Both the position numbers and the translations under genes were made by a program. DNA of 64,000 nucleotides, taken from assembly GCF_004010195.1 (NCBI RefSeq), contig NC_057719.1, positions 36,366,585 through 36,430,584 of the forward strand, given 5' to 3'. This document shows, one piece after another, positions 26,140 to 38,670 of the stretch. Origin of the DNA: Chiloscyllium plagiosum (taxonomy: Eukaryota). Each line of letters opens with the position of its first letter. Positions within the stretch are counted from its first letter, which is position 1. The notes beneath the pieces were generated by a model. The model was not told where the DNA came from, searched no databases, and saw only the letters and a program-made list of their open reading frames with translations.

Positions 26140-28540
26140 CAACAGAAGAGTAATATTGCTATAGGTCTAGTAATCCAGAGATGCAGGTAATGCTCTGGGA
26201 ACCAGGGTTTGAATTGCACCACCAGATGGTGGCATTTGAATTCAATAAAATCTGGAATTAAACAAGTCTAATGATGACCTTGAAATCATAGTTGATTTTC
26301 GTAAAAGTGTGGCTCATTAATATATTTTAGAGAAGACAAAACTGCTGTCCTTAGCTAATCGGGCCTATGCGTGACTCCAGACTCGCAGTAATGCGGTTGA
26401 CTCTTAATGGCCCTCTGAAAAAGGCTTAACAAGTCAGTCAGTTGTTTCAAACCATTAAACAAAAGTCTCAAAAAAGCAATTAAACCAGACAGAGCACCTG
26501 ATAGCAACATTAGAGTACTGGAAACAAAATAAGCAAACTAAGCCCAGTTGAGTCTTTAAGAACATTTAGGGCATTTGGTGCCAAAATTAGGAGAGCTACT
26601 CTACAGACTAGGCAAGCAACAACCTCACATTGTTATACTTAAGGAAACAAAGCTGCAGCCCACATCCCAGACAACACCACCATCCTTGGGTATGATCTGT
26701 TCTGCCAATGGACCCAGCAGAGGTATCAGAATTGCAAAGTGTGGCGCTGGAAAAGCACAGCAGGTCAGGCAGCATCCGAGGGGCAGGAGAGCCGATATGT
26801 TGGGTATAAGTCCTTTATCAGGAGCATTCCTGACGAAGGACTTATGCCCAAAATATTGACTCTCCTGCCCCTCGGATGCTGCCTGACCTGCGGGCTTTTC
26901 CAGCGCCATACTTTGCAACTCTTACTGCCCAGTCCTCACTTTTTCCCAGCAGACAATCAGCACAGTGGTAAGCAGCAGGGAGGGAGTGGTCTTGGGAATT
27001 CTCAAAATTGTTTCCAAGCTCCATGAAGTTTCCTGGCATCCGGTCGAACATGGGCAAGAAAACATTCTGCTGATTATCACATACTGTGGATGCCTCAGTT
27101 AATGCATCAGTCCTCCTTCATGAAGAATAGCATTTGTAAGAAACACTGGTGGAGTGTCAAGACTGCAGAAGATAATCTGAGTGAGGAGCTTCGGTATCCA
27201 TCACCAAAAGTGGCTCATAACACCACTAGTGACTGAGCTGGTTAAGTCCGAAAGATCATAGCTGCCAGATTGGCTCAGTGACAGGTGGTGAAGGAACCAA
27301 CAAGAACGAAAACAAAAGTGTTTGACCTCATCCTCATCAATCATGCTGCTGTAGATTAATTTGTCCATTACAATATTGGTTCGAGTGACCACTGCACACA
27401 TCTATGGAAACATTGCCACATGTTCATGTTGGGGATACCCTCCATCATCCACTGTCACCATGCTAAATGGGATTAGCAACTCAACACTGGCCAACCCTGA
27501 AATGCTGTGGGTTATAATAACAGAATTGTCCATAAACATTTCAAAACTTCATAGTCTGGCAGACTTCAAAATACCCAATAAGCCAGGGGATCAATCCTGA
27601 TTCAATGAAAAGTACAGGAGGGCATGTTAGGAGCAGCACTGGGCACAGATAAAAATGAGGTATCAAGCTGGTGAGACTACAAAGCAGGATTTGTAGGGCA
27701 GACAGTATATGACGCATGTGAGAGACAGAGCTAAGCCATTGCACAACTAATGATCTAAACTGTGCAGTTCAGCCACATCCTGGTGTGAATGGTGATGGAC
27801 AACTAAACATTTCATCGAAGGTGTAAACTCAAAAAATATTTCCATCTTCAATGCTGGGGGAGCTGAACACATCAAAAGATAAGACTGAAGCATTTGCAAC
27901 AGTCATCAGCCAGAAATACTAAGTGGATGATTTGTCTCAGTTTTGTCGAGAAGTTCTCAGCATCACACAGTCAGTTTTCAGCTATTTTGATTCTCTCCAT
28001 GTGATATTGAGAAATGGGTGAAGTCACTTAATATTCCAAAGGCTGTGGGCCCTGACAAGATTCCAGAAATGGTGCTGAAGACTTGTGCTTCAGAATTGCC
28101 ATGTCTCTGATCAAGCTGTTCCAATACAGCTACAATATTAGAATCTACTTGATTTGATGGAGGGTGGCATCGAAGTGCTCTAGCAAGACTGGAATCAATG
28201 GGTTTAAAGGGACAAACTCTCCACTGGCTGGAGTCATCCCTGGCATATAGGAAAAGGGTTGTAGTTTTGGCAAGTCAGTCATCTCAGCTCCAGGACATGT
28301 CTGCAGGAGTTTCTCAGGCTACTTCACTAGGCCCAACCACCTTCAACTGCTTCATCAATGACTTTCCTTCCATCAAGAGGTCAGAAGTGGGCATGTTCAT
28401 TGATGATGGTGCCATGTTCAGCACCATTCATGATTCCTCCGACACTGAAGCAAATGTAACAAGGTCTGGACTTTGTTCAGGTTTGGGGCAGACAGGTGGC
28501 AGATAACAGTTGCACCACACAACTACAGGAAGAGAGGATC
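26140..28540 (+). mobile_element. CR1-like LINE ORF2 (endonuclease to RT) preceded by a tRNA-derived SINE-type head
   Basis: Head 26140-26450 has a B-box-like gggtttgaattgc and matches the SINE at 37995-38225. LVPKLGELLYRLGKQQPHIVILKET (APE start) at 26575; SAGVSQATSLGPTTFNCFINDFPSIKRSEVGMFIDD (RT) at about 28300. Confidence 0.75.
26730..26945. mobile_element. Fold-back PLE family B insertion with a degenerate hammerhead
   Basis: Inverted arms around 26822; ctgacgaaggacttatgcccaaaa; flanking cccagcaga repeated on both sides. Confidence 0.8.
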
Positions 28541-29186
28541 TCTTTACTGCTTTCAAAGGGTCTTCTTGCCTTTTTGAAGTCAAAATGATTGTTTCAAGTA
28601 TTCTGTAGGTAAAATGAAAGCTTTCTGGTCATAATTTCTTCACATGCAAAGTTTTAATTTTCATGGCAGAAAACATTTTGATGCAGCCTTACCAAAATTG
28701 GAAGTTTAAATCAGTGATCTCCTTTCCTTAATCACAGTCTTAAATATTTTCCACCTCTTTTCTTTCCATTTTAAACTACCCTCCTTTCACATTAAATCTG
28801 CCCCTTGATGTTCCCAATTCTGTTGCATCTGTTAAATCTGTGGTCCTTGACTTCATTACTGAACCTGCACTTCATAGTGTGCACACCTTAAGAGGTAGAG
28901 CTGAGAATACTTCTGGTATGGGTCTCATTTCCACAAAGAGTGACCTGCAATGAGATGTAGCTGAACTGGCAATGTGTTATGGAAGATTTACCTGCTGCAA
29001 CACTGATTGTAGCCCTCAGGCCACTGAGAAATGGCACCGCTAGGTGCAAATCAGTGGCCAGATCAGACCACCAGGGGCTGGGGTGGGGAGGAATTATAGG
29101 GAAATACAATTTGATGGTCAGAAGCAAGATTGGTGTTGAAAGCAGCAGAAGGCTACACTCCTTTGATGTGGGATCATGGGGCATAT

Positions 29187-29278
29187 TGCTGATGAAGGGC
29201 TCTTGCCCAAACCATCCATTCGCCTGCTCCTCGGGTGCTACCTGACCTGCTGTGCTTTTCCTGCACCACACTCTGGAC
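29187..29278 (+). mobile_element. Solo PLE family B pLTR with a degenerate hammerhead
   Basis: ctgatgaagggctcttgcccaaa; 13-bp TSD tcatggggcatat at 29174-29186 and 29279-29291. Confidence 0.85.
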
Positions 29279-29550
29279 TCATGGGGCATATGTATACTCC
29301 TCCCTAATCCATTTCAGCTAAGTATTGATGTGATATCACCTTCTTTGGTGAGTCCTGTTAGACCAGATGTATTGGTTTTCCTCAGTGAAACTAGGTTTAA
29401 AGCCTTTAACACTAAGTAGTTGCAATGGGGGCCTCAAATTGGTTTTATTGCATTTGTAAAGACTAAATTCCAGTTTAGCAATGAATGGACATTCAGAGGC
29501 TGGTGAAGTTTGGAGACCTTTGGAGACATTTGGAGAAGTTGAGTCCAGAG

Positions 29551-29925
29551 GTCATAGAGTCATAGAGACATGTACAGCGTGGAAACAGACCCTTCGGTCC
29601 AACCCGTCCATACCGACCAAATATCCCAATCTAGTCCCACCTGCCAGCACCTGGCCCATATCCCTCCAAGCCCTTCTTATTCATATACCCATCCAAATGC
29701 CTCTTAAATGTTGCAATTGTACCAGCCTCCACCACTTCCTCTGGCAGCTCATTCCATACACGTACCACCCTCTGTGTGAAAACATTGCCCCGTAGGTCTC
29801 TTTTATATCTTTCCCCTCTCACCCTAAACCTGTGCCCTCTAGTTCTGGATTCCCTGACCCCAGGGAAAAGACTTTGTCTATTCACCCTATCCATGCCCCT
29901 TATAATTTTGTAAACCTCTGTAAGG
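29551..29925 (-). mobile_element. HER1/CR1 3' end
   Basis: ORF 29631-29894 (FTQRVVRVWNELPEEVVEAG) plus gtcatagagtcatagag tail. Confidence 0.92.
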
Positions 29926-30651
29926 TATTTAGTCTCAAGAAGGGTTTCAGCAACAACAATACATTTTGTTTTGTGTATGATACAGTGTGTTTATGTTTGC
30001 AACAATATATGCACTCTTGCATTCTAAATCATAGCAGAAATAAATTAACTGCAGCCCTTTACTTTCAACTTTTCAATCACTGTGATGGATTGCTCTGAAG
30101 AAAATTACATCTTTCATTGCATTCGTTCCTCAGCAGTAAGCCTTCTGATTTAGTATGTCTCAGCGGGATTAATGTGTGAAATGATGCGATGCCAGTAAAG
30201 ACTTCTACCTTTTCACTACAGTTCAGCTGAAGGAAAGAAATCTTGGAGGATGAACATTTCCATGTGTTGGCATTTCAGTTTTATTTGCTTTGGTCTGAAA
30301 CTGCTGAATCTTTCTGAAGAAAATTCAGTCAATTGAACTTTAGTCTTTATATGTGTGCTTTGGTGATCATCTAATGCTGAAATGAATTCTGAATGAGTGT
30401 CTGGATTGAATGAGTCTCAGTTGTGGGATTATACTTATTAGTTAATTATGCATATAACTGTCCTTTCCAAATCACAATGCTTCAGTAATAATTTTGTACA
30501 TAATAAACTGTTAAAAAAAATGTTTCTGTTGCTTTCCATTTGTTTCATTTCTATGCCGCAACCTTCAGTCTGTGATGATAGATCAATCGATTGGGATGAT
30601 GAAGGAAAAGTAGCTGATTTGAAAATAAAAGTAACTTTAATTTTAAATTCA

Positions 30652-31185
30652 AATAGAACATAGAACATTGAACAATACAGCGCAGAACAGGCCCTTCGGC
30701 CCTCGATGTTGCACCGACCTGTGAACTCATCTAAGTTTATCCCCTTACACTATCCCATCATCATCCATGTGCGTATCCAAGGATTGTTTAAATCTCCCTG
30801 ATATGGCTGAGTTGACTACATTGGCAGGTAGGGCATTTCACGCCCTTACCACTCACTGAGTAAAGAACCTGTCTTAAACCTATCACCCCTCAATTCGTAG
30901 CTAAGCCCCCTCGTACAAGCTGATGTCATCATCCTACGAAAAAGACTTTCAGTATTTACCCTATCTAATCCTTGGATCATCTTGTATGTCTCTATCAAAT
31001 CCCCTCTTAACCTTCTTCTTTCCAATGAGAACAGACCCAAGTCTCTCAGCCTTTCCCCTTAAGACCTCCCCTCCAGACCAGGCAACATCCTGGTAAATCT
31101 CCTCTGCACCTTTTCCGATATTTTCACTTCCTTCCTGTAATGGGGCGATCAGAACTGTACACAATATTCCAAGTGTGGCCGCACC
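30652..31185 (-). mobile_element. CR1 3' end
   Basis: LGLFSLERRRLRGDLIETYK; atagaacatagaac tail. Confidence 0.92.
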
Positions 31186-31513
31186 ATTAAATGAAGGAAA
31201 CACAGAAGTATTCCTGAGCAGTAGACTATCTTTGGTAAAATTATTGTAAATTACTTTATACTTGAGGCACTGAAATTTGACAAAACTGTTTAAATGGAGT
31301 TGAGACTACCTTTATGTTTTGAAATAGGGTTGGTGCATTTCCCAGTGGGAATATGAATCTTCCGGTGCTACAGACAAGCAGATTTCAAGTTTTAAAATGA
31401 ATCTCCCTCATTCTTCTCATCACCTGTCCATAAGAAGACTATGATTTAATGTTTCCCCTTGTTCTGAAGAATTCATGTCAGACTCATAATGTTAGCTTCT
31501 TTTGTCACCCTAC

Positions 31514-31824
31514 AGATTCGATTACATTACAGTGTGGAAACAGGCCCTTCGGCCCAACAAGTCCACACCGACCCGCCGAAGCGCAACCCACCCATACCCC
31601 TACATTTACCCCTTACCTAACACTACGGGCAATTTAGTATGGCCAATTCACCTGACCCTACACATCTTTGGACTGTGGGAGGAAACCGGAGCATCCAGAG
31701 GAAATCCACGCAGACACGGGGAGAACGTGCAAACTACACACAGTCAGTCACCTGAGGCGGGAATTGAACCCGGGTCTCTGGCGCTGTGAGGCAACAATGC
31801 TAACCACTGTGCCACCGTGCTGCC
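31514..31824 (-). mobile_element. HE1-type SINE
   Basis: tgctaaccactgtgccaccgtgc head, ggaattgaacccggg B-box, ggaaacaggcccttcggccc tail. Confidence 0.9.
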
Positions 31825-32114
31825 AGATTGCTGAGTTTCACAGCACCCTCTGCTTTCATTTCAGCATCTGCACTATTTTGCTTTCATTTTGAAATTTGTT
31901 TTTCTAATTTGTTCATAAACCCTCTGTCAGGAAAAAGGACGTTAGATTGTAAATATTGAAAGAACAACTTTGCAGAAGACAATGCATACCAATTCACACT
32001 GGTTTAACGATCTATTCAGTCAGACTTAGATTTGTCTTGCTAACAATGTCTCAGGAGCCTGGATTGTTGGAGAGTTAAGACTGCTGCTGGCTTAATCCCT
32101 GCATTTCATGAAAA

Positions 32115-32635
32115 TAGAATTAGCTTTATTATCACATGTACTGACACGAATACAGTGAAAAGTTTACAAGTCATCACTTACGGTGCTATCTTAGATGCAA
32201 AGGTATCTAGGTACAGATTCTTAAGTATGGATTCTTCGGAATAAATTAACCAAAAGAAACAAAATCAAAGGATTAAAAAGTTCAGAATTACAGTCCTTCC
32301 ACCCCAATACACACTGGCATCTAGCCCTCTGACTACAAAAGGAATAAAATTAAAATTACATCAATAGAGTTTCACCTTCTGAACAAGAAATCTCCAAGCG
32401 CAAACAAACAGCTTTTGCAAGGTCTCTGCAAGGTCCCACAGTCTAGGCACCTCCATCACCACAGCCAAGGACCTGCAAGTCAGACCCAGAGTTCTCAATG
32501 GTGTTCTCTTCTGGGCATCACGACCACCACAGCCAACCGACACCACTGACACCGCACTGGCTTCCCCACGACGTCAGAAGATGAAGAAAGAAAGAGAAAG
32601 AAATGGCAAAAGAATAAAAAAGTAAGAACAGACAA
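32115..32635 (-). mobile_element. Non-autonomous retroposon-like repeat (same family as 62150-62718)
   Basis: gctttattatcacatgtact...tacagtgaaaagtttaca is shared with 62165-62210. Confidence 0.6.
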
Positions 32636-32819
32636 AGCATCTGGCCGGCATGGACGGGTTGGACCGAAGGGTCTGTTTTCATGCTGTACATCTTTATGAC
32701 TCTATGATTCCCCCAGGTACAGGTGGCAAATGAAGGAGTAGAATGCAAGCTTCTTACAATATCCCTCTAGCCTCAGTCTCCTGAAAAACTCCTACTTTGG
32801 AAATAAAACCAATCTGACT

Positions 32820-33295
32820 CCAGGTTAAGACACAGACAGACTCCAGCAAGACCACATGCCTAAAGTACACTGTCAGACTGGAGGTCTCACCTCCTTTATA
32901 TTGATAACACCTTAAGTTATCTCAGGGCAGTGACTTGAAAGAAATTCTGTGATTTGCTTATTAATCAATCAAAACCTGCATTCTAACTGATTAACAATTT
33001 ACAAGCCATCGAAGATGTATTCAATTCATTTTCATGAGTTGTATAACCCTTTGACCTTTTCCTTATAAATTCTGTGTCTAAGATCTTCCTCTCTCATTAG
33101 CACCTGATGAAGCAGCAGCACTCTGAAAGCTAATGTTTTCAAATAAATCCGTTGGACCATAACCTGGTGTGAAGGGCTTTTGCCAGAAATGTCGATTTTC
33201 CTGCTCCTCAGATGCTGCCTGACCTGCTGTGCTTTTTCCAGCACCACTCTAATCTAAACTCTGGTTTCCAACATCTGCAGTCCTCACTTTTGCCT
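32820..33295 (+). mobile_element. Adjacent PLE family A (32820-33168) and family B (33169-33295) pLTR fragments
   Basis: Degenerate family A hammerhead cacctgatgaagcagcagcactctgaaagcta at about 33101, then tgaagggcttttgccagaaatgtcgatt and the family B tail. Confidence 0.75.
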
Positions 33296-35577
33296 GCCTG
33301 ATTTTTGACCCTGCCTTGTGAAGTTACATACAGCTTGATAAGATCCATCAGTTATGATGAAATGCTACCTCTCTGGGACTGAGACCATCTTTTTAACTTG
33401 ATAGAAAATACTACTTGTGTTGCTATGGCAAAGAAGCAGCATGAAATAACTAGTTTCACCTGTTTCTCATATTTCTGAAATACCTGACCTCTCCAGAGTA
33501 ATTGGAGGAACTGACAACAACTGCAGGACATCTGGTTATTTAAATATCATAATGAGGGTGTGTGCCTTCACTTTCACAGTCATGCTGTTTTTAAGTCTTT
33601 TCAGCCAGCTTCTCAAAACCTTGGTAAACACAGTAGCTCAAATAAGATTGGAAGGGCTGAATTCACAAGATATCTTTCCACTGTTGCTTATGGACCAGGA
33701 GGAATTGAAGTCTCCCCTCGAGGCCCAAACAAAACCCAATTAAACACTCTTCACCCATCCCACAAACACACTCACCTTTCCACTATACCCAACATCTTTC
33801 ACAGTGAAATAGGGTTCATCCCTGAGCGGCAAGACATTCAGGCTGCCTGTGGGTGGAAAAGGAGATCTGAAGTGCAAATAAAAATCCAGGCTGACAGCTC
33901 ACCTAATGATCTTGCCTCGTAAAATTCACAACGTCTCTGACTGTGATTCAAAATCATTTGGTGTATGTGACAGCCACTGAATGGAAAGTCAATACTTGTC
34001 AGAGCTCCAATGTGCTCCTTGAATCTGTATCCATTTCATTTATTAGCTTCTGCTACACAGACAGCTGTCTGTTTCCTTCACAAGGCACAGTGAATGAAAT
34101 TGTTGAACATGCAGCAGATTTTCAGAAATAAGCAAAGACATAAACGCCCCCCCCCCACACCCCCATAACCTCATTACAGTGATTCCGAAGCAAGGGAACT
34201 AACAGTGAAGAATACAAGGAATCTCAGTCTGCAAAATGAGGGAAGCCAAGAGCCTCTGGTAACTCTGTCACATCGTCCAGGGAACAAAATCATCCTCACC
34301 TTTCACATCCTCTACTGCTGAGACACCTGCAGCCACCAATTTCTTGTTTCTATTTCTATGACTTGGTATTTCTCCCAGCATTAGCATCCCTCCTGGCTAG
34401 GATGAGTTTCTGCTGTGGAGCTCCTCAATGTCAATGGTGGTGCCTTGATTTTTTACATTTGCCATCAGTGACTGTTTTGAATGCTTGTTTCTTCCAAACC
34501 TTCTAAGTCTTCTGATCTGTGGCATTGTATAACTCCTTGTGGTCAATTAATATTTTCCTGGTCCTTGCCACAATCCTTGCTGTGGATTTTCTCCGGCACT
34601 TCTTCCGCTTTTGCACAGGCTTTCCCCTCCTCCATCCAGTAGCTGGGTGGGTTTAAAGTCTGTCCCTCACTGCTGAGCTTGTAATTAGGTTTCTGTCTAC
34701 TTTCTGGGGTCAGGTCACTCAACTGGCCCTGTCCATCATTCTGCGCTGTTTGTGGATAAGAGTTCAGCTGTTCCTTGCTGCTTGCCTTGGGATTCATGGA
34801 TCTGGTCACCACCTGCTACCATATAGTAAAGTGAGGTCTACACTTGTGAGTAAACATGAACAAGTTTGCTTGAACATAACTATATATATCATGATATATA
34901 AGGGAAGATAAGAGAAGTCACTTTCTGGAATCCACACCCTCCAGCTCCACCTCCATGTGATCTGACATTATTGTACATAGCTCTTTACACACATGCTCAG
35001 TAGTCAGAAACATGGAAGCATGAGTAGGCCATTCAGTCCTTCGAGCCTGCTGTCCCATTTACTAGGATTCTGGCTGATCATCCAACTCAGTATCCTCATT
35101 TCTGCTTTCTCCCCATGCCCTTTGATCCCTTTAGTCCTAACAAGTATATTTAATTCCTTTTTAAAGCATTCAATATTTTGACTTAAACCACTTTCCATTG
35201 CAGAGAATTCCACAAGCCCACCACTCTCTGGGTGAAGAAATGTCTCCTCATCTCACTCCTAAAAGGCCCACCCTATCTTCTTAGACTGTAATTCCTGGTC
35301 TTGGACTCCCTAGTCATTGGGAACATCCTTCCTGTGTTTACGCAATCTGGTCCTATAGGTTCACTTGGGATCCGCTCTGTCATTTTAAGCTCCAGTGAAG
35401 ATATTCCCAACTGATCCACTCTGTCTTAATACATCAGTTCTGCCATTATAGGAATCAGTCTCATAAATGCTGTTGCATTCCCTCCATAGCCAGAACATTC
35501 TTTCTCAGAAAAGGAGACAAATAACGTACACAATAATGCAGGGGTGGTCTCATCAAGACTCTGTATATTTGCAGCAA

Positions 35578-37757
35578 CATTAAAAATTACACAACACCAG
35601 GTTATAGTTCAACACATTTATTTGGAAGTACGAGCTTTCAGAGTGTGTCTACTTCGTCAAGTAGCTAGTGGGGCAGGATCATAGGACACAGAATTTATAG
35701 TAAAATGTCAAAGTGTCATACAACTGATGAGATCTATTGAACAAACCTCAATTGCTGTTAAGTCTTTAATCACTTCGAATGGGGTGCAAGTTTTGATTCA
35801 TTATTATGTAAATCTCAGAACGTTTTTCAAGTCACGTTCCTGAGATAACTTAAGTTTTTTTTAAAAAGTGACAACTCATCTCAGATAATGCATTGAAGGT
35901 GTGAGATTAGAGTCTGTCTGTATCCCAATCTTGAGTCAGACTGGTTCTATTTCCAAAGTAGGAATTTTTAAAATGTCACATGGACTGACTGTCAAAAGAT
36001 TGTGTGCTTTTTGAACAAATGTATCTGCAAATACAAATGCATTTGCAGATTTGTATTTGCAGATACATTCTATTTTGTTCAAAAAGCACAATCTTTAGGC
36101 AGTCAGTCCATATTACATTTTATAAATTCATACTTTGGAAATAGAACGTGTCTGACTTAAGATTGGGATACAGACAGACTCTAATCTCACATATTTTAAT
36201 GCATTGTCTGAGATGAGATGTCATCTTATTTTTAAAAACCTTAAGCTATCCTGGGAATTTGACTTGAAAGAAGTTCTGGGATTTACACATTAATTAATCG
36301 AAACCTGCAACCCATTCTAAGTGATTAAAGACTTAACAGCAATCTAAGTTTATTTGATAGATAGCATCATAGAACATAGAACAAAGAACATTACAGCCCA
36401 GTACAGGCCCTTTGGCCCTCAATGTTGTGCTGACCTGTGAAATTAATCTGATGCACATCGTACATACACCGTTCCACTATTATCCATATGTATGTCCAAT
36501 GTTCATTTAAATGCCCTTAATGTCGGCGAATCTACTACTGTTGCAGGCAGGCCATTCCATGTCCCTACTATTCTCTGAGTAAAGAAACTACGCTGATATC
36601 TGTCCTAAATCTATCATCCCTCAATTTAAAGCTATGTCCCCTCATGTTAGCCTTCACCATCCGAGGAAAAAGGCTCTCACTGTCCACCCTATCTAACCCT
36701 CTGATTATTTTATACGTCTTGATTAAGTCACCTCTCAACCTGCTTCTCTCCAATGAAAACAGCCTCAGTTCCCTTAGATTTTCCTCATACAACCTTCCTT
36801 CCATACCAGGCAACATCCTAGTAAATCTCCTCTGAACCCTTTCCAATAACTTCCACATCCTTCCTATATTGCGGTGAACAGAATTGTACACAATGCTCCA
36901 GGTGCGGCCTTACCAGTGACTTGTACAGTTGAAGTGTGACCTCGAGGCTCTGAAACTCAATTCCCTACCAATAAATGCCAACACATCACATGCCTTCTTA
37001 ACAACTCTATCAACCTGGGTGGCAACTTTAAGGGATTTATGCACCTGGACACCAAGATCTCTCTGTTCACCTCCACTGCCAAGAATTTTACCATTAGTCC
37101 AGTACTCTGCATTCCTGTTAATTCTTCCGAAGTGAATTACCTCACACTTTTCCACATTAAACTCCATTTGCCACTTCTCAGCCCAGCTCTGTAGCTTATC
37201 TATGTCCCTTTGCAACCCACAACATTGTTCGGCACTATCCACAACTCTGCCTACCTTAGTGTCATCTGCAAATTTACGAACCCATCCTTCTACACCACAT
37301 TCAGATCATTTATAAAAATGACAAACAGCAGTGGCCCCAAAAACAGATCCTTGCGGCACACCACTGGTAACTGAGCACCAGGATGAACATTTCCCATGAA
37401 ACACGACTCTCTGTCTTCTTTCAGCTAGCCAATTTCTAATCCAAACCACAAAGTCACTTTCAATCCTGAAACTCTGTATTTTGTGCAATAGCCTACCGCG
37501 TGGAACCTTAACAGACACCTTACTGAAGTCCATATACACCACATCAACTGCATTACCTTCATCCACCTGCATTAGTTGTATGACATGTTGACCTTTTACT
37601 ATAAATTCTGTGTCCTATGATCCTGCCCCACTAGCTACTTGACGAAGGAGCAGCGCTCTGAAAGCTCATAATTCCAAATAAACCTGTTGGACTATAACCT
37701 GGTGTTGTGTGATTTTTGACTTTGTCCACCCTAGTCCAACAACAGCACTTCCACATC
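35578..37757. mobile_element. Large fold-back PLE family A insertion, itself split by a CR1
   Basis: Left arm 35581-36035 is inverted relative to 36045-36368 plus 37571-37720. 11-bp TSD atttgcagcaa at 35567-35577 and 37758-37768. Degenerate hammerheads at about 35630-35663 (-) and 37636-37670 (+). Confidence 0.82.
36369..37570 (-). mobile_element. CR1 3' fragment
   Basis: ORFs 37306-37572, 36910-37242 and 36568-36891 with RT motifs; atagaacatagaac tail. Confidence 0.92.
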
Positions 37758-37994
37758 ATTTGCAGCAAGGCGCTCCTGCTTCTGTACTCAAATCCTCTCT
37801 ATGCAGGCCAGTATAACATTTGCCTTCTTCATTATCTGCTGTACCAACATGGATACTTTCAGTGGCTGGTGTATAAGGACACTCAGGTCTCATTGCTATT
37901 CCCTCTTTCCCAATCTAAGTCTATTCGAATAATTATGTGCCTTCCAATTTTTGCTACAAAAGTAAATAACCTCCCATTTCCCCACATCATGGGA

Positions 37995-38225
37995 GAAAAT
38001 GTTAACATAGTGGTATTATCATTAGACTGTTAATCTGGTGATCTGGCGACCTGAGTTGGATCCCACCAAGGCAGACAGAAGAATTTGAATTCAATACAAA
38101 ATCTGGAATTAAAAGGGTATAATAATGACCATGAAACTGTTGTTGATTGTCAGGGGAAGAAAAAGACAAGCCCATCTGGTTCACTCATGTCCTTTAAGGG
38201 AGGAAACTGGTGTCCTTAGACCCAT
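37995..38225 (+). mobile_element. tRNA-derived SINE (DeuSINE/SacSINE1-like by recall), 3'-truncated
   Basis: A-box-like tagtggtattatc, B-box gagttggatccc, core tttgaattcaat...atctggaatt...catctggttcactcatgtcctt. Confidence 0.65.
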
Positions 38226-38415
38226 ATCCTGTGAATGAATAAAACAAATCTGCAATGCATCTTCCTGCTCACTCAACTTGTCCAAAATCACACCATAGCA
38301 TTCCTGCACCTCCCACATCATTTGCAGCAAGGTGCTCCTGCTTCTGTACTCAAATCCTCTCCCACACTGCTTTGTGTCAACAGCAAGCTTGGAGATGTTA
38401 CATTTAGTTCCCTTT

Positions 38416-38670
38416 TAGATTAGATTACGCAACCCACCCATACCCCTACATTTACCCCTTACCTAACACTACGGGCAATTTAGCATGGCCAATTTACCTG
38501 ACCTGCACATCTTTCGACTGTGGGAGGAAACCGGAGCACCCGGAGAAAACCCACGCAGACACGGGTAGAATGTGCAAACTCCACACAGTCAGTCGCCTGA
38601 GGCGGGAATTGAACCTGGGTCTCTGGCGCTGTGAGGCAGCAGTGCTAACCACTGTGCCAACGTGCCACCC
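38416..38670 (-). mobile_element. HE1-type SINE
   Basis: Close match to 31514-31824. Confidence 0.9.

Larger units (their letters stand above)
35005..37990 (-). mobile_element. Old CR1 3' region split by a PLE insertion
   Basis: Tail and RT C-terminus at 35005-35577, continuing at 37758-37990. Confidence 0.75.

Noticed and set aside
34150..34980. Second Harbinger-like remnant on the minus strand (ORF 34543-34812; ALGFPHFAD)
   Set aside because: Only faint similarity, with no catalytic motif recovered.
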